A DNA stretch of 63,499 bases, counting the filler, from Octopus bimaculoides (lineage: Eukaryota), in assembly GCF_001194135.2 (NCBI RefSeq). It is 5 parts of 5 records of this genome, joined end to end, with 100 filler letters (N's around TTAATTAATTAA, not from the genome) between each part and the next. Parts side by side here need not be neighbours in the genome. Positions count along the whole stretch, not along the records: positions 42,279 to 63,499 come from NC_068984.1; 4 more parts are not named here. One strand, 5' to 3'. The notes below the pieces were generated by a model. It was not told the origin of the DNA and searched no databases. It saw only the letters and a program-made list of their open reading frames with translations. Positions 42,340 to 54,359 of this stretch are shown here, piece by piece. Every line of letters starts with the position of its first letter. Within the stretch, counting starts at the first letter, position 1. Made by a program: the position numbers and the translations under genes.

Positions 42340-43896
42340 CATATACATACATATATATAAATGCATTTATATATATGTATATATACACACATATTTGAGT
42401 GGCAACAACTTGCAAATAAAAACACATCCAATGATTATATTCCTTTGTTTTTATAGTATTATTAGTTGACAAGCTAAACAATTGCCTCGTTAGCTAATTA
42501 ACCAGTTAACTAATAGATTGCTTGACTGATCATTTGATCCATTAATCAGCCAAATTTGTGGTTGTGACAAACTGCATACAAGCATCATTGATGAAGTAAC
42601 AAATGGGCAATGAAAGTACAATGACGAATTAACTGATCAAATGTTTCATCAAGCAGTTTATTAGCTTAGTGGTTAGTTAGTTAAGTTGTTGAATAATAAT
42701 AATAATAATACAGAGAAATGTAACATAATCAATGCATGTCTTTTTATTGGTTAAATGATCCTTCAATGATAGAGAAGTTTTCTCATATAAAATATTTTGC
42801 AAAATAAATAAAGAACACAAATACATACATGCATATATGTATACATACATATATAAGTGTATACGTGCGTATACCTCTTTCTAGCATATTGGATGTCCAC
42901 ATATTGGTCATCCCTTCATATACACATGTTAAACAATTTTTCTGAATTATCAGATTTTTATATGCTAGACCACTGGTTTTAAATTGAAATTAATATTCAA
43001 TTTATTACCCTCAGTATATAAATATATATATATATACGTATGTGTGTGTGTGTGTGTGTGTGTAAATTAAATATAGAGATATTCTATTGACAATCCAATA
43101 GTTTATTTATATTACAATATTACATTAAATACTACAAATATAATATGTAACATAACAATATTATATAAATAATTATAAAAACCATACAAGGCTAACATTG
43201 CGTCAGCTTATTATTTTAAACACTGAGCACATTTTTTATAATGCTAGAGATAACTTCAATTCTTATTATTGTTTGAAATTCAATATGGTTTGTATATCAA
43301 CCATATGAACAAAACCTTGTTTTAGCAAAATTGCTATATTTTTAGAAATTTTAGATCACATTTTTTTTCTGATATAGAAATAGTTCATACCCTTACATGA
43401 CCAAAAACTGAATTTTAATTTTATTTTATGATACAATGATACATATATATATAAAAATCCAAGAGTTAAGGAATGGAGTTTATTAAATCCAGGCTACATA
43501 TGTTTCATGAATTTAGATCTCATGAGATCACTGCAAATTGTAGATATCCCCATCACTGAAGATCTCTCCCAGAAAATGCATATTCACCAAAGTAGCATAG
43601 ACAAAAATTAGTTCAACTCTTAGCAACTACCAGCCCACTTCAAATCTCCAACAAGACTCTTGGAGCTCTATTTCATCATCTGGAGCAGTACTGCTGCTAC
43701 ATATGCAAACATTCTAGATTGTATCAAAAATAAAGAAAAAAATCATTCAATGTCTGACATGAAATTATTTATCATTACATGCTAGTCTTTAGTTCACAGA
43801 CGTGCTGTGTCCTTGCTCTGATTTTTTCTGTATTTGTTGCAGTGGCCTCTTGCTACACTGAGTTGGTTAGTCTCAGCTTGAGAATGCCTGACTCAC

Positions 43897-43976
43897 TCTT
43901 GTCTTCTTTCATGTCATCTATACTGTGTCCCTCACCACCATTCTCTGGTCCTCCACTGTCAAGAACAGATCCCCCA
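43897..43976 (-). other. Candidate 80-nt coding exon (Gly/acidic-rich)
   Basis: Acceptor gtgtgcttatgttctag, donor AAGA|GTGAGT. Reads GGSVLDSGGPENGGEGHSIDDMKEDK. Confidence 0.3.
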
Positions 43977-44038
43977 CTAGAACATAAGCACACTAAAATT
44001 TCTTCCCCAAATGTGTTTTCCAGCAGCTGCTGAATTTA

Positions 44039-44407
44039 CTCTTTTACTTGTTTCAGTCATTTGACTGCGGCCATGCTAGAGCACTGTCTTTAGTCGAGCA
44101 AAGCGACCCCAGGACTTATTCTTTGTAAGCCTAGTACTTATTCTATCGGACTCTTTTGCTGAACCGCTAAGTTACAGGGACGTAAACACACCAGCATTGG
44201 TTGTCAAGCGAAGTTGACAGACACACAAACATATACATATATATGACGGGCTTCTTTCAGTTTCTGTCTACCAAATCCACTCACAAGTCTTTGGTCAGCC
44301 TGAGGCTATAGTAGAAGACACTTGCCCAACGTGCCATGCAGTGGGACTGAACCTAGAACCATGTGGTTGGTAAGCAAGCTACTTACCACGCAGCCACTCC
44401 TGTGCCT
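44039..44407 (-). mobile_element. Full-length SINE family A
   Basis: Colinear and near-identical with 41112-41524. Confidence 0.9.
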
Positions 44408-46481
44408 TGAAGAATTATAACTATATTATTATAGAAAACTCAAGTTAATGGATGCAACCTGTAAAATCGACTGAAATAATGAAACAAACAAATTAATAAA
44501 TAAAATATACATTTCAAGTTTTGGCATAGGGCCAACAATTTCGGGGTTTAGGGGGCTAATTGAATGCTGGTATGATTTTATTGACCCCTCAAGGATGAAA
44601 GGCAAAGTTGACTTCAGCAGAATGTCAAAATGGACAAAATACAGCTAAGCTTACTGCCCAGTGTACAAACAATTCTACAGAATAAATAAATAATACCAGA
44701 CCTTGAGTTCATAATGATTTAGTTCATTATTTAAAATTCATTAAAATTTAAATAAGAAACTCAATTAGTTTAAATGCATTCACTTACAAATGAGTCATTG
44801 AAACAATTGTTTTATAACTCCTCCGTTCTACTTTATTTCAAATATCTGACAAGTTGAACTTTGTATCTTGGTTTTGTATTACTAAAACCTACCAATAATA
44901 TGTTAAAGAAAAGATTGGAATTTTATAACTACTTTACAGACTGAAATGACAATCTGGTGCAGGCAGCGATTACATTTGTAAAACAGTAGGATATCTGCGA
45001 AAAATGTAGCTTTTAGGCACATTGTGATAATGCAGAACGTTGCTACTTTAAAGGTGAATGATGCAACAAACAACTGTAATGCAATATTCCCTCAAACTTT
45101 TACATACTGAACATTGAGAGACTTAGGAAATGTTTCTATTGCAAAATCTAAGATGCATTTCCAAATTGCTGTGTGTTAGATATCTTCCCTATGGTTATCA
45201 CCTGAGTAATGCATTTAGAAGAAAAATTACCAAAATTTATTGTGCAAATGATTTTATATATTTCCTTTTCTCAAGAAGTAAATCGCTTGCTGTTAGAATT
45301 CAATTCTGAAGAAAACAAAATTTCAAGTTGAATCATTGGTCCCAAAATAGCACTTACTTAACTATGCAGAATCATACGCATATCCCTATTTTCTGATGTA
45401 ATTATGAACTGAATAAAATAAAATAAGCACAACTAGTTTTAAATATATATATTTCAACAGCAATTTCTTATGAAATAGAAATCATGGTTGAAATGGAAAT
45501 GCAGCAAGTACCTTTTAGTAAATAAGAATAAGCTTTTATTTTATTTACTTATATATTTATTTATTTTGGTTGAATAGATCCTTCTAGTAAAATAGTTGGC
45601 CAAAGATAAATTCTCTACAATGAATAACACTGCAAATAATTTATTTCCATGATGCATCAAATAACAAGAGATGGAAATAATAGCTTCTGTTGAGTAATTT
45701 ATTATAGTTTGATTATTAGAACAAAGTTATGTGATTCTTTTGAATGTCAGCTATAGTAAAAGGGAGAAAAGAGGCCAGATGTAGTCAAAGATGCCAATAA
45801 ATAATTCTTTAAGCTTCTAGTCTAATTAGTGATGAACCAACTCATTTATTGAACTTTTGGAGACATTAAGCATAGGAAAATAAATCAAATATGAATTGTG
45901 GTCAGCATATGAGCAGGAATAAATTTCATTTTGATTTTTGTCCTATGGGCAATAATCTCTCTTTCTATCTTCCTGATGAATTTCCGTGTATAACTTTTAC
46001 TGATGTAGACTGCCACCACTTTCCTCAGAATCTGTATTTTATGAGCTTCTCTGTCATAAAGACAACAATGCTCTGATCTATATTTTCAGATCTCTTCCTC
46101 AGATCAAACAATTTAATGTTTCTAACAAATATGTCTCTCCTTAGTTGTGTGATACAGACTTGATAATTAGATGCACAACAAATTGTTACCATTACTAGGT
46201 TATCAGATAACTTCACACTAAATAAACTGACAAATCATATATATTATCATAGATGTAGAAGACTAGTAATGATGGTGGTGGTGGTGGTGGTGGTCTCTGT
46301 CAGAAAATACTGTCTCGTATATAATGTTTTCATATTTATATATGTATGAATATATATATAGATAGATGGATACAGAAAGACAGAAAAAAGAGAGAGAGTG
46401 AGTGAGAAAGATGGATATTCATGTATGTACACAGCCATATATATATATATATACATATTTGTATATATATATACACATATT

Positions 46482-46539
<58 letters not shown>

Positions 46540-46699
46540 TATTTTTGTATGTATATATGTGTATATATATATATAGATGTATGTATATATATGTGTGCAT
46601 ATATACATACACACACACATATATATATGTGTGTACATGTATACATATATATATATGTGTGTGTGTACATGCATACACACACATATATATATATATATA

Positions 46700-47555
46700 C
46701 AGTACCATGCAAAAGTTTTCAGCTACTTTAAGCTATTGTAAATTTCTACTGATTGCCAGCTTATAAGTGAATGTTTCACATTGTGTTTTTCTTTTTTTTT
46801 TTTTTGCAGATGAAACATTGACCCTGTTGGAATCATTTCCATACCTAATCATTATTTTGTGTATTAGTGGTTCAGAACGAGAGGAGAAGATGTGCGACTA
46901 CCACCAAAAAGGGTCAGGCAAAAGGTTCAGTCATCTCAAACAAACCAATCAAAATACAGTGTTTTAAAACAGAAAAAATATCTATAATGAAAATTTATTA
47001 TATAATGTACATTTGAAGAAGTTACTGTACTTTGTTAATATTTCAAGTGGCTTCCTTTAGCTTGAATAATTGCTTCAATGTGCCCGAGAAGAGATGCGTA
47101 CAAATCTTTCACCATCTTCACAACTCTTCAAGATTGTGCGGATTCTGACAAACTCTTCTCTTTACTTCTGTCCACATTTGCTCTGAACTGGCCAATCTTT
47201 CAATGCAGTAACACCTTCGTCAGACAGACTTTGTTGTGTTGCACATGATTTGTAGCATGGAACTCCATCATGCTGAAAAATCTCACCTTCATCCAAGTCT
47301 GGTATCAAACTGTCCTTCAGCAACTGGATGTAGTTGGCACTGTTCAAGTTACCATCAAACAACTTTCTTGATCCATCACTTTTTATGTATCTCCAAAGCA
47401 TCAAACTCTTAACCCCAAACTTCACTGTTTTTGTCATGTAACACAGGCCACTTCACTTTCCTAGAGGCCTTCTGACAAATTCTTGATTATTAGAAGTGAA
47501 AGAACCCATGTTACATGATGTAAAGAATGTGGCTGAAAACTTTCACATGGAACTG
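46700..47555 (-). mobile_element. Internally deleted Tc1 transposon
   Basis: TIRs ta|cagtaccatgcaaaagttttcagctac and gtggctgaaaactttcacatggaactg|ta. DDE remnant TVKFGVKSLMLW...FQHDGVPCY...DWPVQS and C-terminal IEAIIQAKGSHLKY. Confidence 0.9.
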
Positions 47556-47621
47556 TATACACACACATACATTCATACATATATGTATTATATATATATA
47601 TATATATATGTATGTATAAAA

Positions 47622-47953
47622 GAAGAAAAAGAAGATGGAGATTTGGAAGTTAATAATTGATTATTATTAACAGCAAATTAATCATCTTCACTGTTTCAAT
47701 TAATACTCATTAAATATTAAGTAAATGTTAAATTTATATTATAGCAGACTGAATGATCATTCAGTCTACTATAACGAATTCAAAAACACCATATAAATCA
47801 TCCAACTGTATACTGTTTTTACCTCTGAAGATATTATGCTCAGGTCATTTAATATTTACTTGATATTTAATGAAACAGCTGTAAGTGAAGATGATTAATT
47901 TTCTGTTAATAATAATCAATTATTAACTCCCCAATCTCCATTTTCTTTTTCTA
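47622..47953. repeat. Foldback/MITE-like inverted repeat with an internal hairpin
   Basis: Arms ~47622-47725 and ~47847-47953 are reverse complements. Internal palindrome ttatagcagactgaatgatcattcagtctactataa at 47739-47773. Confidence 0.8.
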
Positions 47954-48009
47954 TATGAATATAAACTATGTTTATATATATAAAAATTTATTTCTGTATC
48001 TTTCTATAT

Positions 48010-48490
48010 ATATATTGAAAGATACAGAAATAATTTTTTTTTTATTGGCAAATGCATGATAATGCTAATAAATAGCATGATCAGGATAAATTATCCATAC
48101 ATTGCAGAAAAATACGTAACTGGTCAGCCATGAGACTCGAACTCAAATCGTTACAATTACGCGTCAAACGATTTACCATTAAGCTAAACTGCCCAGTAAC
48201 GATTTCTTGTTCTATTTTAGAACTTATAAATTTCGCTTCATAAGACGCTAGTGTTAAATTCAGCTTACGATGAAATTAAACAAACAAAGTTTGTTTTAGA
48301 AGCGTTGAGATGTATTGAAAGATACAGAAATTATTTTTTTTTATTTTCAAACGCGTGATAATGCTAATAAATAGCGTGATCAGGATAAATTATCCATACA
48401 TTGTCGGTAACGTATTTTTCAGCAATGTATGGATAATTTATCCTGATCACGCTATTTATTAGCATTATCATGCATTTGACAATAACAAAA
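48010..48490. mobile_element. Composite repeat: tRNA-like head (minus, 48122-48194) with direct and inverted copies of a ~90-bp unit
   Basis: Minus-strand tagcttaatgg (A box) and gttcgagtct (B box). The unit gataatgctaataaatagc(a/g)tgatcaggataaattatccatacattg occurs at ~48057 and ~48357, and inverted at ~48423-48475. Confidence 0.7.
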
Positions 48491-49597
48491 ATNNNNNNNN
48501 NNNNNNNNNNNNNNNNNNNNNNNNNNNNNNNNNNNNNNNNNNNNNNNNNNNNNNNNNNNNNNNNNNNNNNNNNNNNNNNNNNNNNNNNNNNNNNNNNNNN
48601 NNNNNNNNNNNNNNNNNNNNNNNNNNNNNNNNNNNNNNNNNNNNNNNNNNNNNNNNNNNNNNNNNNNNNNNNNNNNNNNNNNNNNNNNNNNNNNNNNNNN
48701 NNNNNNNNNNNNNNNNNNNNNNNNNNNNNNNNNNNNNNNNNNNNNNNNNNNNNNNNNNNNNNNNNNNNNNNNNNNNNNNNNNNNNNNNNNNNNNNNNNNN
48801 NNNNNNNNNNNNNNNNNNNNNNNNNNNNNNNNNNNNNNNNNNNNNNNNNNNNNNNNNNNNNNNNNNNNNNNNNNNNNNNNNNNNNNNNNNNNNGTAATAA
48901 TAGTATTTTACTTGCAGTAAAACAAGTCGTTTATCTGGAGTCACATTGAATGTATTATTATATGTATAATTTACTCCTCCTGTATGTGTGCATTTTTAGA
49001 AGGAAAACTATGTAATAATTGAAGTAGAAGAAAGATCAATATCATTCTTTGTTGATTATCTTCAAGTCTTGTCTTGTTTCTTGCATATGATGTGATTTTT
49101 TTCGAAGACAATCAGCTGCAAGTCATGTATGACTTTCGTCTTCGTTTTCTGCTGCACGTCGATCTGCCATTCTTTGTTTGCTCTCTGCAAGTCATACATT
49201 TCGTTGATGTTTGATTTCATATGCACGTTGAGCTTTCTTTCTCTGTCACTGATCTGCAAGCCACATGCATGTCTCATCTTCGTTTTCTGATGCACGTCGT
49301 GCATTTGTTTATTGCTCGTTTTGTGACGGTCATTTTTTATGAAACATTATTTTGATAATAATTATCAGTAAATAATAGTGAAATGAAATTCAGACGCTAT
49401 GTTACAGTAATGCAAGAAAAATAGATATATCATATAGAAGAATAGCTTAAAAGAATGAAAAATGTTTTTGATAAGGAATATCAGTAAGCTGTAGTGAAAT
49501 GAAAGTACAAATAATGTGTGAATAAAGAAATTTTAGTTGGACGTATTGACCTCGGAGTGTTTTTTTATTTTTCCTCATGGCTGTCATTAGAGAGAGA

Positions 49598-49639
<42 letters not shown>

Positions 49640-50017
49640 GTGAGAGAGAGATTGACAATGTTTAATTGTGCGGAACAGACCGTCATTGAATAAATGTATG
49701 AATAAATATATATGTTGTGGTGGTTGTCATTGTCTTGAACGCTGACCATTCTCGCCACAGGACAATTTCCGGTCAAATATTCAAATATAAAGATAGAAAG
49801 ATAAATAGAGGGAAAGTGAGTGAGAAAGAGAGAGGGAAATTGAGAGATTGAAAGGTGTTGATTCTTTGAAAATTTTGGCACTTCAGCTCTGGTCACACTA
49901 TCATTATCAATATCATAGTTAAAGTGTGAAAGTGGACAAAACACCTACGGTTATAAATGAGATGGTGTTTCAATTATGTTTTATGGGACAAACAGACAAA
50001 ATTTCTCTTTTGTAGAA

Positions 50018-50395
50018 ACGAACAGGCGTACCCGGCGTTGCCCGGGCTTGTTTGTTAAGTATGCCTGGTCAGCGTAATCTCCCACGAAGTAGAGCTGAAG
50101 AAACTGAAGCAAGGCAGCGTCATGCGGCTGCAGGGAAGCAATTCTATGGTAAATCTGCCCCGGCACTTTAAAGGAAGGCATGAAATGCTCATGTCATATG
50201 ATGTTGGTACCAAAGGAAGTCATTTGGAACGCACAGTTGTAGGCACGTATCCACTTGAGAAAGTCATGAGAATAAGGAGACACCCCTGTCAAAAGATCAG
50301 TCAAAAGGGGTGGAAGATCTTGTAGAAGAAAATTGTAGTAGAAGTGGTTCACACAACACAGACAGAGAGACAACTTGCCTTTTAATATATAAGAT
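50018..50395 (+). mobile_element. Helitron/Helentron-like non-autonomous element (Lep1/DINE-1 style)
   Basis: 5' subterminal palindrome tacccggcgttgcccggg and 3' end acagacagagagac...ccttttaatatataagat. Confidence 0.55.
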
Positions 50396-50438
50396 GGATA
50401 AGTTTAAAACTTATAAGCAATCACCATGCAATGACTAA

Positions 50439-50564
50439 AGAAAATAGTTTAATAATGGGGCATATAAGCCCTCAGCAGAAAAAAGTACGATTTCCCATAC
50501 GCATTCGGGAAAACCTACTTTTCTCTGTTGAGGGCTTATATGCCTCATTATTAGACTGTTTTCT
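50439..50564 (+). repeat. 126-nt hairpin (58-bp arms, 10-nt loop)
   Basis: Arms 50439-50496 and 50507-50564 match at 51 of 58 positions with no indels. Confidence 0.9.
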
Positions 50565-50928
50565 AAACCATCGTAGTGAAAGTTTATATGTATATATATA
50601 TATATATATATGCACACACATACATACATATATACATACATACATGCCTGGAAGTAATATAAAAGTCAATGACTTTATGTGTTTTCGTATGTTACTTATA
50701 GACTCGAAAACTACTGCACCGATCCTAATGAAATTTAGAACACAAGATCGAAGCCAATTGAAAAGGGTAATGCCGTATGTTTCATACAATTTCATGAACC
50801 AAAATTGCTGAATGGATTCTTTTGATATTTGGAACTTAGATTCAATACATAAAAGGCAGGTATAATGCAGTATGTTTGGTTTGAATTTGAGGTGGCTTAA
50901 AGGGGGCAGAACCCCGCCCGCCCATGAA

Positions 50929-51285
50929 ACATTATTTACATTATTTATATTTGACAGATATTTGTCCTCATCTTGTTTGTTGTTAACACAACGTTTTGGC
51001 TGATGTACCCTCCAGCCTTCATCAGGTGTCTTGGGGAAATTTCGAACCTGGGTTCTCATTCCTAAGGTATTTTTCTATGTCATAATAATAATAATAATAA
51101 TAATAATAATTATTATTATTATTATTATTCAAGTCACTGTTTGGAATTGAACTTAGAATCTTGGGGTTAGTAGCCCGTGCTCTTAACCACTACGTCATAC
51201 AATGAACAAGATGTGGACAAATATCCGTCAAATGTAAACAATGTAAATAATATACATAATTTCTCATCTCTTAAATATAGAAGTG
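50929..51285 (-). mobile_element. tRNA-headed SINE-like element with a Penelope-type tail and inverted terminal copies
   Basis: Minus head 51129-51200 (tgacgtagtgg A box, gttcaattcc B box), (AAT)n(ATT)n tract, cctgatgaagg motif. Termini ttatttacattatttatatttgacagatatttgtcc / ggacaaatatccgtcaaatgtaaacaatgtaaataa are inverted. ccatgaaa occurs on both flanks. Confidence 0.7.
50985..51030 (-). ncRNA. Minimal hammerhead ribozyme-like motif (G12A variant, probably inactive in this copy)
   Basis: Minus strand: GACAC-CUGAUGA-A-GGCUG(gaggguacau)CAGCC-AAAA-CGU-U-GUGUU. Confidence 0.55.
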
Positions 51286-52708
51286 TAACCTCCATGAAAA
51301 TTCATAAATTTCCAATGCTGATGAAATTTCAACCATAGGTAATTAATACACATTAAGAAGTATTCCCAAACTTTCTGCTTCTCATGAGGATGCCAAGACT
51401 CCCTAATGGGGGCTTTGATTCCCAAATTTTAGTAATTTTTCATGATCCAAAAATAGGTCAAAAGTACTGAATGGATTTTTATGAAATTTGGAAATTATAT
51501 TCTATGCATAAGGAGAGATGTAATGCAGTATATGTTTGAAATTGAGGGTGCATAACCCCCATGAAAATTCATATATTTTTGCTGTTGATGAAATTTTAAC
51601 CTTAGATATTAGACAAAAATAAAGTAATATTCCTAAAATTTCAGCTTCTTAGGAGTTCGTAAGACCCCATGATAGGGGGTCCTATCCACCTAGCCACCAC
51701 AATTTAGTCATTTTTCTTAAGCCAAGACAAATACAATTGTAGTCTTGGAAGTTGTAGAGTCACATGAGTATACAAGATGAGCGTTATTTGTAATTCAATG
51801 GTACATGTGATGCATAAATTGTCAAGTAAAGGAGAGGCATCCACTGATTCAGTTGGAAAGTGTTATTTTGAGTTAAGTTATTTCGTTGCAGACCTCCTTT
51901 GAGTCTTTTTATTATCACCAGGTCAGAGATAGTCCTCAGATCGTAAAATTGATTTCAAGGCCTTTCCAGATAAGTGATTGGTCATTCAGAGAGATTTATA
52001 GATTGCAAATTTATTCTGTCCAGTTATCTATTAGCATAGTGACCATTGGCAAACTCCAGAGGTGATACTTTCATTTCTCCTTAGCCCTTACGTCACACAG
52101 TTGTTAATGTTTCAGTTAGGTCATGCTCTTCCATAATGCATCTTACGGCTATGCCAGTCACCTGTATGGCGATGAATCCTACTTTGGGGAGTAGTAACGA
52201 CTAGGGTAGGGTAACTGACTACTTACTGTGATCATTCATCTTTTGGTTTCCTGTATGTTTGCTCTCTTTCACAAACCCAGTGAACATTCATATATTTCTC
52301 GTTTCAAAGAAATTTGAGCAATAAATATAAGACACAAGTTAAAAAAGATTCCCAACAATTCAACTACTCTGGTTGACTTTTAGACCACCCCACCTAATAG
52401 GGGCCTTCACTCCCACATATTAGAGCTCCATGTGCTCCACTTTTCAGAAGGAAAAACTTTTGAGTAGGTCTTATAAGATTTAGATTGTGGAGTCTGGGCA
52501 TGAAGATGAGAAGTATGGGATAAATATGTCATGATTAGAATTTTTGTTAGGGTGTGTAAAGAGGGAAAGAACCCTCATTAAAATTCTTAATTTCCAATTT
52601 TGATGAAATTCATATCATAGGTATTCCAGTTCATTAGAGAAAATATAAAAGAAAAGTCTAATTCTTCCATGTGACACGAGCAATCAGGTATCTCTGCATG
52701 TATATATG

Positions 52709-52759
<51 letters not shown>

Positions 52760-52839
52760 ATATACATTTATACATGAATATCTATATATTCATACATACA
52801 AATATATATGTGTATGTGTGTGTGTATCAAAAAAGGATC

Positions 52840-53090
52840 AAAGCCTTCCTGAGCCATAGATTCCTATGGCCAGTTACTGGGATTCTGTGGTGCATATATT
52901 CCCTCCACCATTGAGATGGACGATAGTCCATCGTAGGGTTACTCACTTTTGCTAGCTTAGGGGACTGGAGCTATGTGAAATGAAGTGCTTTGCACAAGAA
53001 CACAATGCATCATCCATCATCTTGTTCAGGAATCGAAACCATAAGCTTATGATCGTGGCTGCAACACTTTAGCAACTAAGCCACATATGC
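52840..53090 (-). mobile_element. SINE family C
   Basis: gaaatgaagtgctttgcacaagaacacaatgc...gaatcgaaacc...cactttagcaactaagcc is related to 29800-29905. Confidence 0.65.
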
Positions 53091-53268
53091 TCATTATATA
53101 TATTTATATGAAAGAGGCTAAATTGGCATATATAATGAGAGGGAGGGAGAGAGAGCGAGACAGACAGATAGATACATATTTGTAGTTGTTTGGTAAAATT
53201 GGTAGCATATTGGACTTTGCATTATTTGATTACAACTCTCTACATTCTGGTTATATCTCTTTATACAC

Positions 53269-53310
<42 letters not shown>

Positions 53311-54087
53311 CCAAATTGACTTTACCATTCCTATTTCTATCATCAAAAAATAAACCACCTAACCAATTAAGGGCTCAGTGAAATCAACTAAGAAATATAA
53401 ATGAAAAATTGATGTTGGTGTCCAAGTAAAGCTGTACTACAGTGATGTAAACTGAGAAAAGTATATAAGAAAGAGAGGAAACGTATAAAAACTTTTATCA
53501 ATATTTATCTCTACATGGACTCGAAGAAAATAAAGTATAAGTAATTCTATATGAGAAGTGATCTGTATGTGTTGTAAAATAGGCAAGTATAATGTCATAA
53601 AATATAGTCATTGGTGACTTGAATGGATATATATATCATTGTAACAGTGAACCTAGAGCAGACAATCTATGAGTCAGAAGTTTTAATCTTAATATCATCA
53701 AAGTACCTGAGGAAAAATCAGGTTGAAAATATAATTATTACAACATAAAACTAAATTGAAAATAAACTGAATTGGTGACTATTACACAAAGGAATATGGT
53801 AATCAGACTAATACATCTAACAGACTTAGAACTATCATAATTTGTTGATATCAAAAATCCACATTAAATAGACATTTAAAATAAAAAAATGGAAATTCTA
53901 GTTCATGAAAGGACAATGACTCAATGATATTAAGAATCAATATAATAATAATAATGATTACATCTGAATTAGGTACTAGGTCAGAAATGTTGAGGAGGGG
54001 AACAGTGAATTATTTTCACCAGTGATGTTACTGTTGCCACTACTGCTGCTGCTGCTGCTGCTACTACTACTACAACTACTACTACAA

Positions 54088-54145
<58 letters not shown>

Positions 54146-54359
54146 TGCTACTACTACTAGAAAATGATTAATAAAAGTATGAAACACTGGAATTCTGAAT
54201 TGACAGGAATAAAACAAAGACTTCGGAAAGTGAACATCAGACGTTTTACATTTCAAGGTGATGGCTTATCTCCAGTTGTATTTGTACAGGCCATGATACC
54301 ACTCAATTTAATATTATGAGAAGTCAACATAGGTTATGATTTGGGAAAAGGATATAGTC

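Noticed and set aside
48122-48194. Functional tRNA gene (also considered for 51129-51200)
   Set aside because: A and B boxes are present, but the anticodon or acceptor stems pair poorly and the sequences are embedded in repeats. They are better read as SINE heads.
53600-53880. IVIGDLNG motif suggesting a LINE AP-endonuclease remnant
   Set aside because: Only one short motif amid stops, too weak to call as a feature.
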